Shown: positions 29,362 to 39,646 of the stretch, piece by piece
Numbering within the stretch: position 1 is the first letter of the stretch
Layout: each line of letters opens with the position of its first letter
IMG/VR virus record: IMGVR_UViG_3300022927_001391
Location: 1-64,000 of that record
Direction: 5' to 3' (one strand)
DNA: 64,000 nucleotides
DNA from: a virus
The notes under the pieces: generated by a model
What the model saw: only the letters and a program-made list of their open reading frames with translations
What the model was told of the DNA's origin: nothing
Databases searched by the model: none
Position numbers and translations under genes: made by a program

Positions 29362-29582
29362 ATCAAAAGAAACCTTATCAACAACTAGCATGGTTGGGAA
29401 CTGCTGCAATTCTAGTAGGATCAGTTCTTGCAGCCTTTAATGTTTTTCCGTTATACTTGTATGTGTTTCTGGTAGCTAATGCTATCTGGGCACTCGTAGG
29501 ATGGCTGTGGCGGGAACAAAGCCTAGTAGTACTAAATGCTGGTATTACTGTGGTTTATATAGCAGGGTTGGTGTTTAAGTAA
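29358..29582 (+). CDS. Small 3-TM membrane protein
   Basis: Hydrophobic; coupled. Confidence 0.6.
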   Translation: MNQKKPYQQLAWLGTAAILVGSVLAAFNVFPLYLYVFLVANAIWALVGWLWREQSLVVLNAGITVVYIAGLVFK

Positions 29583-32257
29583 TGTATGTAGATGCATATT
29601 TTGATAGGGGACATGATCGTATAAATGTAGTAGAACGTGTGGATGGCAGAAGAGAGTATAGAGAGTTTCCTGCTAACTACGTGTTCTATTACAACGATCC
29701 ACGTGGCAAATTTCAGACTATCTATGGAAATAGAGTAAGTCGTTTCAGTACACGTAACGGCAAAGAGTTCCAGAAAGAACTTAAAATGCATGGCAAACAA
29801 GGAATCTGGGAGAGCGACATCAATCCAGTATTCCGCTGTTTGGCAGAAAACTATTTGGGCGTGGATGCTCCTGAACTACAAACCTGCTTTTTTGATATCG
29901 AGGTAGACTTTGATCCCGAACGTGGCTATAGCAGTACAGACGATCCCTTTAATGCTATAACAAGTATCAGTCTTTACTTGAACTGGATCAATAAACTAGT
30001 TACACTGGCTGTACCTCCCAAAAGTTTGAGTATGGAGAGTGCTAAAGATATTGTGAAGGATTTTGACAACACGATCCTGTTTGAACGTGAAAGTGAGATG
30101 CTGGAGGTATTCCTAGATCTCATTGATGACGCAGATATCCTAAGCGGTTGGAACTCAGAAGGATACGATATTCCTTACACAGTTAATCGCATTATCCGTG
30201 TGCTCAGCAAAGATGATACACGCCGCTTTTGTTTGTGGGGTCAGTTACCACGTGAACGCAAGTTTGAACGTTTTGGTAAGGAACAGTTTACTTTTGATAT
30301 TATAGGCAGACAGCATCTGGACTATATGCAGTTGTATCGCAAGTATACATATCATGAGATGCACAGTTACAGTTTGGATGCTATTGGCGAGTATGAACTA
30401 GGTGAGCGCAAAGTTGCCTATGAGGGTACGCTGGATCAGTTGTACAATCAGGACTTTTACACGTTTATTGACTATAACAGGCAGGACACCATGCTCCTGC
30501 ATAAGTTGGATACCAAGCTAAAGTTTATTGATCTTAGTAACGAGCTAGCTCACGCTAACACTGTTTTACTTCCTACTACAATGGGCGCGGTTGCTGTTAC
30601 AGAACAGGCAATTATTAACGAAGCACATGAACAGGGTTTGATTGTTCCCAATAAAAAGGACGCAGGTGAAAAGCATACAGCAGCAGGTGCATATGTTGCA
30701 GATCCTAAAAAAGGTATTCACGAATGGATTGGTTCAATTGACTTAAACAGTCTATATCCTAGTGCAATTCGTGCTCTTAACATGGCACCAGAAACTATCG
30801 TGGGCCAACTACGTCCCATAATGACAGACAATGAGTTAGGCAGACGTATATCTGAAGATGGTGCTTCATTCGCTGGTAGTTGGGAAAACATGTTTGGTAC
30901 GCTAGAGTATAAGGCAGTGATGGCTGGCGAGCGTGGAACGGAAATTACTATTGATTGGGAAACCGGCGGATCGGATACTCTTAGTGCTGCTGAAGTTTGG
31001 CGTTTAATCTTTGACAGTAATAATCCCTGGATACTTACTGCTAATGGTACAATCTTTACATACGAGAAAAAAGGTGTAATCCCAGCACTCCTAGAACGCT
31101 GGTATGCTGAACGTAAAGAACTGCAAGCGAAAATGCGTGAAGCAACTGGCGAGGAACGTGCGTTCTGGGACAAGCGACAGCTAGTTAAGAAGATTAACCT
31201 TAACAGTTTGTATGGCGCTATTCTTAATCCATACTGTCGTTTCTTTGACCGTCGTATTGGACAGTCCACTACACTCACAGGCAGATGTATTGCAAAGCAT
31301 ATGAGTGCAAAGACTAACGAGCTACTCACAGGCAAATACGATCACGTGGGTGATACAATCATATATGGTGACACTGACTCTGTATATTTTAGTGCTTGGC
31401 CAGTAATTCGTGATCAAGTTGAACGTGGAGAAATGCGCTGGGGCAAGGATGAATGTGTAGCATTATACGATACTATTGCAGATGAAGTGAACACTACATT
31501 TCCAGCATTCATGGAAAAAGACTTCCACTGTCCGCGTAAAAATGGCGAGATCATTGCTGCCGGCAGAGAAATCATTGGCAGCCGCGGCATCTTTATTACA
31601 AAGAAGCGTTATGCAGTACTAGTGTATGATCAGGAAGGTTATCGTACAGACAAAGATGGCAAGCCTGGCAAAGTAAAGGCTATGGGACTGGATCTCAAGC
31701 GTAGTGATACACCTAAGGTTATGCAGGACTTTATGAGTGAGCTACTTGAAGAAGTACTGGATGGCAAGGGGTCCGAACATGCCGTGGAACGTATTCTAGA
31801 ATTCAAACGTGATTTTGCTAATCTCCCAGGCTGGGAAAAGGGCACACCCAAGCGTGTTAATAACCTAACCAAGTTTACTAACCTAGAGTGGGGCAAAGAA
31901 GACGGCAAAGAAGTATACAAGGGCAAAGCAAACATGCCCGGACATGTCAGGGCCGCTATTAACTGGAACCGTCTAAAGAAAATGCATGGCGACAACTACA
32001 GCATGAATATTGTGGACGGTATGAAAACTATCGTATGCAAACTCAAAGACAATCCCTTGGGTTACACCAGCGTTGGCTATCCAGTGGACGAACTAAACCT
32101 ACCTAACTGGTTTAAAGAACTTCCGTTTAATCATAAGGAAATGGAAGCAACTATTGTAGATCAGAAGCTAGATAACTTGTTGGGAGAGCTTGGCTGGAAC
32201 TTAACACAAAAGACACAAATACATAGCACGTTTGAAAGTTTATTTACATTTGAGTAA
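29582..32257 (+). CDS. Family B DNA polymerase (gp43-like)
   Basis: ExoI FDIE, DLNSLYPS, KINLNSLYG, YGDTDS, KKRY. Confidence 0.97.
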   Translation: MYVDAYFDRGHDRINVVERVDGRREYREFPANYVFYYNDPRGKFQTIYGNRVSRFSTRNGKEFQKELKMHGKQGIWESDINPVFRCLAENYLGVDAPELQTCFFDIEVDFDPERGYSSTDDPFNAITSISLYLNWINKLVTLAVPPKSLSMESAKDIVKDFDNTILFERESEMLEVFLDLIDDADILSGWNSEGYDIPYTVNRIIRVLSKDDTRRFCLWGQLPRERKFERFGKEQFTFDIIGRQHLDYMQLYRKYTYHEMHSYSLDAIGEYELGERKVAYEGTLDQLYNQDFYTFIDYNRQDTMLLHKLDTKLKFIDLSNELAHANTVLLPTTMGAVAVTEQAIINEAHEQGLIVPNKKDAGEKHTAAGAYVADPKKGIHEWIGSIDLNSLYPSAIRALNMAPETIVGQLRPIMTDNELGRRISEDGASFAGSWENMFGTLEYKAVMAGERGTEITIDWETGGSDTLSAAEVWRLIFDSNNPWILTANGTIFTYEKKGVIPALLERWYAERKELQAKMREATGEERAFWDKRQLVKKINLNSLYGAILNPYCRFFDRRIGQSTTLTGRCIAKHMSAKTNELLTGKYDHVGDTIIYGDTDSVYFSAWPVIRDQVERGEMRWGKDECVALYDTIADEVNTTFPAFMEKDFHCPRKNGEIIAAGREIIGSRGIFITKKRYAVLVYDQEGYRTDKDGKPGKVKAMGLDLKRSDTPKVMQDFMSELLEEVLDGKGSEHAVERILEFKRDFANLPGWEKGTPKRVNNLTKFTNLEWGKEDGKEVYKGKANMPGHVRAAINWNRLKKMHGDNYSMNIVDGMKTIVCKLKDNPLGYTSVGYPVDELNLPNWFKELPFNHKEMEATIVDQKLDNLLGELGWNLTQKTQIHSTFESLFTFE

Positions 32258-32290
32258 TAATAGCATATAAATACCCATGGAGATAGTGCC

Positions 32291-33229
32291 ATGGAAAGCA
32301 GATTTATACAAAAGTTTCTAAGACTAGACCTAGTAAAAAGGTCAATAAGCAAGCTTGGGTTCGACTTTTCCCAGGAACTAATCCAGGATCGCGAACTAAT
32401 AAATTATAACAAAGAATTTTTTGCTAATAACGAGAATTTCCACGCAGCACTTGTAGCATTAGATAACCTAGAAAAAGCTAAATCTGAATATGATAACTCT
32501 ATTTCCAAAATTTGCAATGATGTAGAAGATATATTTAGAAGGCGTGAGCTCCGCATCTTACAGACCGATTATCATAACTTCGAAACTCGCACACTGACCT
32601 TTGAAGAGTACATTAGCAGTAATAATGTTTTAAGTCTGGCAGCTAAAGATTTTATAATATCAGAAATACAAAGTAAAAGTGATTGGCAGTTTGCAGCAGT
32701 AGACCTTAATCCAGTAGATGGTGAATTTACTAGAATGATGACTGCTAATGATCCACTATATGTAATTTATAGAGACGAAAATCATAAAGAAATTGTTAGA
32801 AAAAAGTTTAATGAATTCTATGGCACACGAAGGTTAAGAGCATACACTGATATTAACGAACTTCCAGATAACCAACTCGGTTTAGCATATTGCTTCAATA
32901 TGTTCGAGCTTATGCCTTTAGACCCTATTAAAGAGTTTTGTAAAACGCTGTTCCAAAAAATGCGTCCGGGTGGTACATTCATTTTCAGTTATACAGACTG
33001 TAGCCAAAGGGCAACTATAGAAATGTTACCTTATGAAGGGCGAGCTTACAACACCAAAGAAGCAATGAAAGGTACGATGTTTAGTTTAGGCTGGGACATT
33101 GTAAGTGCTGACAGCATCGAACAAATATTCAGTTATATGATTTTTAAGCGTCCGGGCGAGCTAGGATCTATTAAATTAAACACACCGAGTGTTGATATCG
33201 CAAAAGTTATTGACTCACAATCCAAATAA
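32291..33229 (+). CDS. Coiled coil plus divergent SAM-methyltransferase-like domain
   Basis: MRPGGTFIFSY motif; TATAAATA at 32266..32273. Confidence 0.5.
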   Translation: MESRFIQKFLRLDLVKRSISKLGFDFSQELIQDRELINYNKEFFANNENFHAALVALDNLEKAKSEYDNSISKICNDVEDIFRRRELRILQTDYHNFETRTLTFEEYISSNNVLSLAAKDFIISEIQSKSDWQFAAVDLNPVDGEFTRMMTANDPLYVIYRDENHKEIVRKKFNEFYGTRRLRAYTDINELPDNQLGLAYCFNMFELMPLDPIKEFCKTLFQKMRPGGTFIFSYTDCSQRATIEMLPYEGRAYNTKEAMKGTMFSLGWDIVSADSIEQIFSYMIFKRPGELGSIKLNTPSVDIAKVIDSQSK

Positions 33230-33238
33230 TCTTACAAT
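33210..33238 (+). promoter_or_regulatory. Sigma70-type promoter TTGACT-N17-TACAAT
   Basis: Upstream of clamp/dpdA genes. Confidence 0.65.
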
Positions 33239-33269
33239 AAACTATCAACTTTAACAAAAGGAACAATCT

Positions 33270-34001
33270 ATGAAAGATTATCTACTTGATGTTGTGCAGC
33301 ATACGCACAGCCTAGGCTTTATTGATCTGGTTAAGATCACAGGAACTGACGACGAAACACTTGTTGAGGGTCTAGCAGAAGACCGTTCAGTTATTCTCAA
33401 AGGCAAGTTTCACAAGCCAGTACCAGAGTTCATGGGTACATTTGGTATGCCCAACTTGAGTACCCTAAACACAATCCTCCGTATTACTGAGTATGCTGAA
33501 AACGAAAAGATTTCAATTAACACACAGGAACGTAATGGTGAGACAGTACCAGTTGGCGTACACTTTGAGAACGCTACCGGCGACTTCCAGAACGATTATC
33601 GTTTTATGGCAAGTGAGATTGTAAATGACAAGCTCAAGACAGTACAGATGAAGAACGTAAACTGGGGTGTAGAGTTTGAACCCTCAGTAGCAAGCGTACA
33701 GCGTCTCAAGATGATGATCAGTGCTAATAGTACCGAGACTGTGTTCGTTGCTCGTACCGAAGGCAAGGACCTCAAGTTTACTTTTGGTGATGCTAGCACA
33801 CATGCCGGTAACTTCGTATTTCAACATGATGTTGGTGGTAAACTAAGCAAGGGCTGGGCGTGGCCAGTTGAGCAGGTTAGCAAGATCCTAAGCCTAAGTG
33901 GTGATGTAAACTACAAGATCAGTGATGACGGTGTTAGCCAGATTAGTGTTGACAGTGGACTTGGTGTTTATGACTATCTACTACCTGCACAAACAAAGTA
34001 A
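33270..34001 (+). CDS. DNA polymerase sliding clamp (gp45-like)
   Basis: 243 aa, FG.PNL..L, YRFM, C-terminal YDYLLPA; near polymerase. Confidence 0.7.
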   Translation: MKDYLLDVVQHTHSLGFIDLVKITGTDDETLVEGLAEDRSVILKGKFHKPVPEFMGTFGMPNLSTLNTILRITEYAENEKISINTQERNGETVPVGVHFENATGDFQNDYRFMASEIVNDKLKTVQMKNVNWGVEFEPSVASVQRLKMMISANSTETVFVARTEGKDLKFTFGDASTHAGNFVFQHDVGGKLSKGWAWPVEQVSKILSLSGDVNYKISDDGVSQISVDSGLGVYDYLLPAQTK

Positions 34002-34627
34002 TGCACTTTTCCGTAAAACTTCTGCCCATACTGATAAGTCCACAACTAGACTGCATTTGGATTAATATTCCAAAGAACGCTAGCAGTTTTATGCAGAAGA
34101 TACTACAGGATAATGGCTGGCGTGAGCCAGATTCTAGTATACGGCTTGATCTATTAAACAGCAGTATTCGTAAACTTTGTATTTTTAGAAATCCTGTTGA
34201 AAGATGGATCAGCGGTTTTGCAGAATGTTTTATGGATATGCCGGAGATCATTGATTTATTAGACACCCCAGCATTTATAAAAGTCGTAGAGCGTTCTCCA
34301 ATATTTGATAATCATACAGAATTGCAGAGTACATTTGTAATTAATTCCACAAATCTAGAATATATTCATTTAAGATCTGTAGTCGACGCCAATAGTTTTT
34401 TTACTAACGTGGAACAGTGGATAAAAGAGAACGGTGGTCAGGCTGACTGTGGTAGATGGCAGGATCCAATAAACCCCAGTAGCAATGACGAAATAAAGCA
34501 TATGATTAACAAGAAATTGAAAAAAATAGTCGAACAGAATACACTTCTAAGAGCATCGTTAGATAATTTTTTCTCTCCTGATGTAGAATTGATTAATAAA
34601 GCAAGAAGAATATCCTATGGAAACTAA
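34001..34627 (+). CDS. Sulfotransferase family 2-like protein
   Basis: IPKNASS (5'-PSB) and FRNPVERWISG (3'-PB). Confidence 0.7.
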   Translation: MHFSVKLLPILISPQLDCIWINIPKNASSFMQKILQDNGWREPDSSIRLDLLNSSIRKLCIFRNPVERWISGFAECFMDMPEIIDLLDTPAFIKVVERSPIFDNHTELQSTFVINSTNLEYIHLRSVVDANSFFTNVEQWIKENGGQADCGRWQDPINPSSNDEIKHMINKKLKKIVEQNTLLRASLDNFFSPDVELINKARRISYGN

Positions 34628-36074
34628 CCTAACTGCACAACAATCAGACTATGCTGTGTTCCTCCCAGCACTCAGTAGTTTTTATTCTACGTTTGTGGGT
34701 AGACAGCGATATGAAAACTATGTTGATCCAGCACGTATTCCCAGTCACTTTACTAACGGTTTAGAGAGTGGTAACTGGTTGAGTAATGATGGTCTGTTTA
34801 ATTACAAGTGGAGTCTGTATAGTTCAGGACATGTGGACTTAGACACTACCAAGCATCTCCCTAAAGAAGCAATGATACGTGAACGTGATCGTAGCACAAG
34901 TTTTATTGTTGGTGACTCAGGTGGATATCAGATTGGTAAGGGTGTATGGGAAGCAGACTGGAAGGATCCCAACTGTCCTAAAGCTCACGCCAAACGTGAC
35001 GCTGTTCTAAAGTGGATGGATGCCTATATGGATTACGGCATGACACTTGATGTTCCAAGTTGGTTACAGCGTAGTAGTCAGGAAGCCAGAGATCGTACCG
35101 GCATTCATAGCTATGAAGATGCGTGTTCAGCAACTGAGATCAATAATGAATATTGGATACGTAATCGCAAGGGGGAATGTCGTTTCCTAAACACACTTCA
35201 GGGTGAGAATCATACAGAGGCAGATGACTGGTACAACCGTATGAAGAAATACTGTGATCCAAAACAGTATGAGAATCACTTTAATGGTTGGGCAATGGGT
35301 GGACAAAACGTAAGTGATGTGCACCTTATTCTAAAGCGTATAGTTACTCTAATGCGTGATGGCTTACTTGAAAAGGGACTACACGATTGGATGCACGTAC
35401 TAGGTACTAGTAAACTAGAATGGGCGTGTCTACTAACAGATGTTCAACGTGCGGTACGCAAACATTACAACGAGAACTTTACTGTCAGCTTTGATTGTGC
35501 CAGTCCTTTCCTTGCAGTAGCAAATGGTCAAGTATACTATCAGCTTACAATGGAAGATCGCAAGCGTTGGAGTTATCGTATGACGAAATGCTTTGACGAT
35601 AAGAACTTGAGCAAGGATACTACACCGTTTGGACAGGCATTTGTGCGCGAAGGCTGCGCAGAGTCATTCCATGAAACAGTTGTAAGCAAGGGACTTACAG
35701 CAGCAGACATTTGTGCATATAGTCCTGGTGACCTAAATAAAATAGGCAAGGAAGGACGCACAAGCTGGGATAGTTTTACATACTTCCTACTAATGGCGCA
35801 CAGTGTAGCCCTTCATATTGAAGCGTGTCAGGAAAGCAATAGACGTTACGATAAGGGCATTATTCCCAGTATGTTGGTGCAAGAAGACTTTGATCGTGTA
35901 CTAATGCGTGACATAATTAATGAAATAATTGGTTGCGCGGATTCAGATAAGGCGTTACAATTAGTAGACGAGTACAGCAAATTATGGATGGAAGCAGTGG
36001 GTACTCGAGGTTATACCGGTAAACGTGCTATAAATTCTAATACAAAATTTTATGATCTTTTCCAAGAGGTTTAG
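34617..36074 (+). CDS. dpdA: TGT-superfamily deazaguanine transglycosylase (DpdA-like)
   Basis: GDSGGYQ, MTLDVP, LQG, HVLGT, SFDCAS; no TGT C-terminal Zn CxCxxC; same genome as folE/queD/queE. Confidence 0.75.
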   Translation: METNLTAQQSDYAVFLPALSSFYSTFVGRQRYENYVDPARIPSHFTNGLESGNWLSNDGLFNYKWSLYSSGHVDLDTTKHLPKEAMIRERDRSTSFIVGDSGGYQIGKGVWEADWKDPNCPKAHAKRDAVLKWMDAYMDYGMTLDVPSWLQRSSQEARDRTGIHSYEDACSATEINNEYWIRNRKGECRFLNTLQGENHTEADDWYNRMKKYCDPKQYENHFNGWAMGGQNVSDVHLILKRIVTLMRDGLLEKGLHDWMHVLGTSKLEWACLLTDVQRAVRKHYNENFTVSFDCASPFLAVANGQVYYQLTMEDRKRWSYRMTKCFDDKNLSKDTTPFGQAFVREGCAESFHETVVSKGLTAADICAYSPGDLNKIGKEGRTSWDSFTYFLLMAHSVALHIEACQESNRRYDKGIIPSMLVQEDFDRVLMRDIINEIIGCADSDKALQLVDEYSKLWMEAVGTRGYTGKRAINSNTKFYDLFQEV

Positions 36075-36296
36075 ATGAATAACATTGATAGGCTAACTGA
36101 ACAACACAATCGCCTACATGCCAGTGTTGAAAAGCTAGAAAAAGAACACGAGCAGTTTCCAGATGATACGGAAATCAAAAACAGGCTTATGGATCTTAAA
36201 AAGAAAAAGCTACAAGTAAAAGATAATATTAACCAGCTAATGCGTGAAGAATATAAGTCACGTGAGCAATTTAATTTCGAGGAATATGACCGATGA
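36075..36296 (+). CDS. YdcH/DUF465-like coiled-coil protein
   Basis: H..L....E...LKKKKLQVKD. Confidence 0.6.
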   Translation: MNNIDRLTEQHNRLHASVEKLEKEHEQFPDDTEIKNRLMDLKKKKLQVKDNINQLMREEYKSREQFNFEEYDR

Positions 36297-36943
36297 GATA
36301 CTATCGTATTCTAATTCAAGGATATGGCGGTGAGCAGTGCTTCGGTAGCCTTACCAAGGAACAGTACGACTTCTGGAAGGACATGGAAGAAGAACATATC
36401 ATCTCTCATATGATTGATCCCCATGAAGAATGTGATGAAAATCCTGTGTTTGATGATACTGATCCACGATGGATCGGTGAGTACTATGAACAAGAAGATA
36501 TTATGTGTCTTAGTGCAGCCGCACTAGATACAGCGTACATTACTATCGAGGAGCACGATGGTGCTGAATATGATAGCAAGCACGTTAAAGATATCCTTGA
36601 TGCAACAGACTGGAGCGAGTTATTCAACAAGTATGAAGAACAGGGTATCGAAGATAACATTACTTACGAATGGGTAAACTTTCCCAAGGATTATCCTGAG
36701 GTTAAATATGTTTTCTATGGTGCTAGTATCGAGAAAGGGTGCTTTGGAGACTATACTGTAGAGCTACCCGATGACGAAGAGTTTGACTTTATGAAACTAA
36801 AGTGGTGTCAAACTGAAACACCTAATGGTGAAGACTTTATTGAGTTACTGTCTTATGGTGAGCAGGAACTGGACAACTGTGGCCACGATACAAATGGAAA
36901 AGGCATGGCCGCTGCCGTATGGGAACTAAACAAAAGTGAATAA
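36293..36943 (+). CDS. Acidic hypothetical protein
   Basis: GYGGE, EKG and TNGKG motifs; coupled. Confidence 0.6.
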   Translation: MRYYRILIQGYGGEQCFGSLTKEQYDFWKDMEEEHIISHMIDPHEECDENPVFDDTDPRWIGEYYEQEDIMCLSAAALDTAYITIEEHDGAEYDSKHVKDILDATDWSELFNKYEEQGIEDNITYEWVNFPKDYPEVKYVFYGASIEKGCFGDYTVELPDDEEFDFMKLKWCQTETPNGEDFIELLSYGEQELDNCGHDTNGKGMAAAVWELNKSE

Positions 36944-37094
36944 AAAACAGTACACAGAATGGGCGTATTCTCAAATGAAAAAGTATGGTATTCCAATGCC
37001 CGAAACATATTCAGCTGAGGAAATTAAAAAGTATTGCCCGGATATCCCGTCTAAGTTTATTAATAATCATGTAAGGGAAAGAGACAATGGCTGA
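36936..37094 (+). CDS. Small hypothetical protein (52 aa, absent from ORF track)
   Basis: GTG start bridging adjacent genes: MNKKQYTEWAYSQMKKYG... Confidence 0.5.
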   Translation: MNKKQYTEWAYSQMKKYGIPMPETYSAEEIKKYCPDIPSKFINNHVRERDNG

Positions 37095-37542
37095 AACAAG
37101 AGAGAGTCATGACGAGTTTATCCTACGTAGTATGCGTGAAGAAGGTCTAAAGGATCGAGTACGCAAAGCCTCACGTATGGTATGGGTTAAGTTTGAAAAG
37201 GAAGGTATGCATCGCTATCCAGCGGCTGCTGATGATCCTAAACTAGCAACAGGCGATGAATATGATGTAAGTTTCCTTGCACATCCTCATCGTCACATCT
37301 TCAAGTTCCGTGTATGGATTGAAGTATTCCATGATGATCGTGACATTGAGTTTATTCAGTTTAAACGTTGGATGAATAAACTTTACGAAGGTGAACTTGA
37401 CGTAGACTTTAAGTCATGTGAAATGCTTTCAGATGACCTTTATTTAACCATCCAGGATCGCTATCCAGGTCGTGATATTTGGATTGACGTATCCGAAGAC
37501 GGCGAAAATGGCGCACTAACACAATATTCAAAGGACGTATAA
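37087..37542 (+). CDS. QueD-paralog T-fold protein (DpdL-like, putative CDG decarboxylase)
   Basis: LAHPHRHIF (LxxxHRHxF), SCE, VSEDGE; lacks QueD catalytic Cys. Confidence 0.65.
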   Translation: MAETRESHDEFILRSMREEGLKDRVRKASRMVWVKFEKEGMHRYPAAADDPKLATGDEYDVSFLAHPHRHIFKFRVWIEVFHDDRDIEFIQFKRWMNKLYEGELDVDFKSCEMLSDDLYLTIQDRYPGRDIWIDVSEDGENGALTQYSKDV

Positions 37543-37754
37543 TGAAAAACGAAGTGCAAAAGGTATTTGATGACCTAGACGATTACAAGCGTTTCTGCAC
37601 AGTATTTGGTCATCCTTATAATGAGGCTGACCTTTATCGACAGAGTTCACCAGCATATGCTGAATATGCCGCATTTAAAACTGGCAAGCGTATAAGTAAT
37701 AACTGGATCAGGGACGCTAAAGTTTTTGGTCGTAACATCTTTGGATCACGATAA
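37542..37754 (+). CDS. Hypothetical protein
   Basis: Coupled ORF. Confidence 0.6.
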   Translation: MKNEVQKVFDDLDDYKRFCTVFGHPYNEADLYRQSSPAYAEYAAFKTGKRISNNWIRDAKVFGRNIFGSR

Positions 37755-37760
37755 GAAGTT

Positions 37761-38810
37761 ATGACTGTCTACTTAATAGATTTAGAAGCTGTTGAAACCC
37801 GGTATACTTCCGAGTGGAAACAGTATCTACCTAAACAAATTAAACAGAAAACTAAAGAAGATACTGTAGTTATTTCCGGTGGTGAAGTTCCTCAGGCGAC
37901 TACTCCTGGAGCCTTCCTAAACTTTGCTGGTACTAACAACTATAAATCCCAGCAAATGTTAGAAATTAGTACACTGTTTGCCAATGGAGAAGTGAAAGAT
38001 GGAGATTATTTCCTATATACGGACGCTTGGAACCCAACTGTTATCCAGCTTCGTTACATGGCTGAGCTACTGGGCGTTAATATTAGAATCGGTGGTCTTT
38101 GGCATGCTGGTAGTTATGATCCTGCTGACTTCTTAGGTAGACTGATTGGAGCAAAGGCATGGGTAAGGCATGCTGAAGCAAGTATGTTTGAATGTTACGA
38201 TGATAACTTCTTCGCCAGTGAATTCCACATTGACCTGTTCTGTAGTGCGTTTACAGCAAATAAAAGTGAGAAGTTTGTTCGAACAGGCTGGCCAATGGAA
38301 TATGAAAAGAAGCAGATGTCAGCATTTAAGGACATGGAAAAGACTAATACTATCCTGTTCCCACATCGCATTGCTTCTGAAAAGCAGCCTGAGATATTCC
38401 GTGATCTGGCAGAGAGTATGCCAGAATATGAATGGATCACATGTATGGAAAAGGGCTACACAAAGGATGATTATCACCGCGCATTAGGTACAGCAAAATT
38501 AGTGTTTAGTGCAAACCTACAAGAAACTCTAGGCATCAGTTGGTATGAAGGCCTTCTAGTTGATACTATACCAATGGTTCCAGATCGTTTGAGCTATAGT
38601 GAAATGGCAATGGATGAGTTTAAGTACCCAAGCGAGTGGACAGAAAGCTGGGATAAATACTTGGAGCATAAGAACAGCATAATCGAAAGAATAAACGATT
38701 ATATTCATAACTATGATAGTTATCTTAGTATTATGTCAAAACAATCCAAACAACTTTCTGAAAATTATTTCAGTGGCAAACTAATTTACGAACGAATTAA
38801 GAATAGATGA
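37761..38810 (+). CDS. GT-B glycosyltransferase (possible DNA glycosyltransferase)
   Basis: FPHRIASEK, QETLGISWYEG (E-x7-E). Confidence 0.8.
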   Translation: MTVYLIDLEAVETRYTSEWKQYLPKQIKQKTKEDTVVISGGEVPQATTPGAFLNFAGTNNYKSQQMLEISTLFANGEVKDGDYFLYTDAWNPTVIQLRYMAELLGVNIRIGGLWHAGSYDPADFLGRLIGAKAWVRHAEASMFECYDDNFFASEFHIDLFCSAFTANKSEKFVRTGWPMEYEKKQMSAFKDMEKTNTILFPHRIASEKQPEIFRDLAESMPEYEWITCMEKGYTKDDYHRALGTAKLVFSANLQETLGISWYEGLLVDTIPMVPDRLSYSEMAMDEFKYPSEWTESWDKYLEHKNSIIERINDYIHNYDSYLSIMSKQSKQLSENYFSGKLIYERIKNR

Positions 38811-39646
38811 ACATTCTTTTAATCGGCGGCGCCGGATTTATAGGAAAACACCTAGAGCGTGACCTTGTACAAGATCATACTATATGGAGTATCGATAAAA
38901 GTTTTGGTACCAATGTAAACAATAATCAGGACTTGGAACTAATTAGCCCTGATTATGATTGTGTTATATTTCTAGCAGCGGAACCAAACCTAGCCGCAGT
39001 AAAACGCAACCCTATTGAAGCTACACATACACTTACAACAGGACTTATAAATTGCTTAGAGCGTTTTAAAAACAGTCATTTCGTTTATTTTAGTAGCAGT
39101 ATGGTTTACGGTAATTGGGATGGGCATTCCACAAAATTGGAATATGACCATCCGGCACCAATTGACTTGTACGGCAGACTTAAACTAGTAGGTGAAGGAC
39201 TAGTTAAAGAACTACACGATAACTGGACTATTGTTAGACCCACAGCAGTTTATGGTGTGGGCGATGATCCAAAACGTGTACTACCTACTTTTATCCGCAT
39301 TGCTCGCAGTGGTGGAGAAATTGAAGTAAAAGGTGTAGATAACTGTTTGGACTTTACTCATGTAAGTGATGTGGTTCAGGCTGTTAGACTTATTATCGAA
39401 AAGCATGACAGTTTGTCCTACAACAAAAATATTTTCAATGTAAGTTATGGTCAAAGTCACGCACTGGATATTATTGCAGAATATATCTGCACACTGGTTG
39501 GATCTGGATCTTATAAGATTGTTGACCGCGATTATGACTACCCTAAACGTGGCGCACTTGACATTCAAAAGGCTAGAACAGAACTTGGTTACCATCCCAA
39601 GGTTAATGTTCAAGCAGGTATTAAAAAGTTATTGGAGGAACTATGA
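38807..39646 (+). CDS. NAD-dependent nucleotide-sugar epimerase/dehydratase
   Basis: GGAGFIG, SSSMVYG, YGRLK. Confidence 0.9.
   Translation: MNILLIGGAGFIGKHLERDLVQDHTIWSIDKSFGTNVNNNQDLELISPDYDCVIFLAAEPNLAAVKRNPIEATHTLTTGLINCLERFKNSHFVYFSSSMVYGNWDGHSTKLEYDHPAPIDLYGRLKLVGEGLVKELHDNWTIVRPTAVYGVGDDPKRVLPTFIRIARSGGEIEVKGVDNCLDFTHVSDVVQAVRLIIEKHDSLSYNKNIFNVSYGQSHALDIIAEYICTLVGSGSYKIVDRDYDYPKRGALDIQKARTELGYHPKVNVQAGIKKLLEEL

Noticed and set aside
29582-32257. Intein or intron in the DNA polymerase
   Set aside because: Length is normal (891 aa) with contiguous motifs and no splicing signatures
34617-36074. Canonical tRNA-guanine transglycosylase (tgt)
   Set aside because: Lacks the CxCxxC/H Zn site and sits among replication genes, so DNA-acting DpdA fits better
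37087-37542. Second true QueD or QueF
   Set aside because: No catalytic Cys motif of either family; canonical QueD is at 52076
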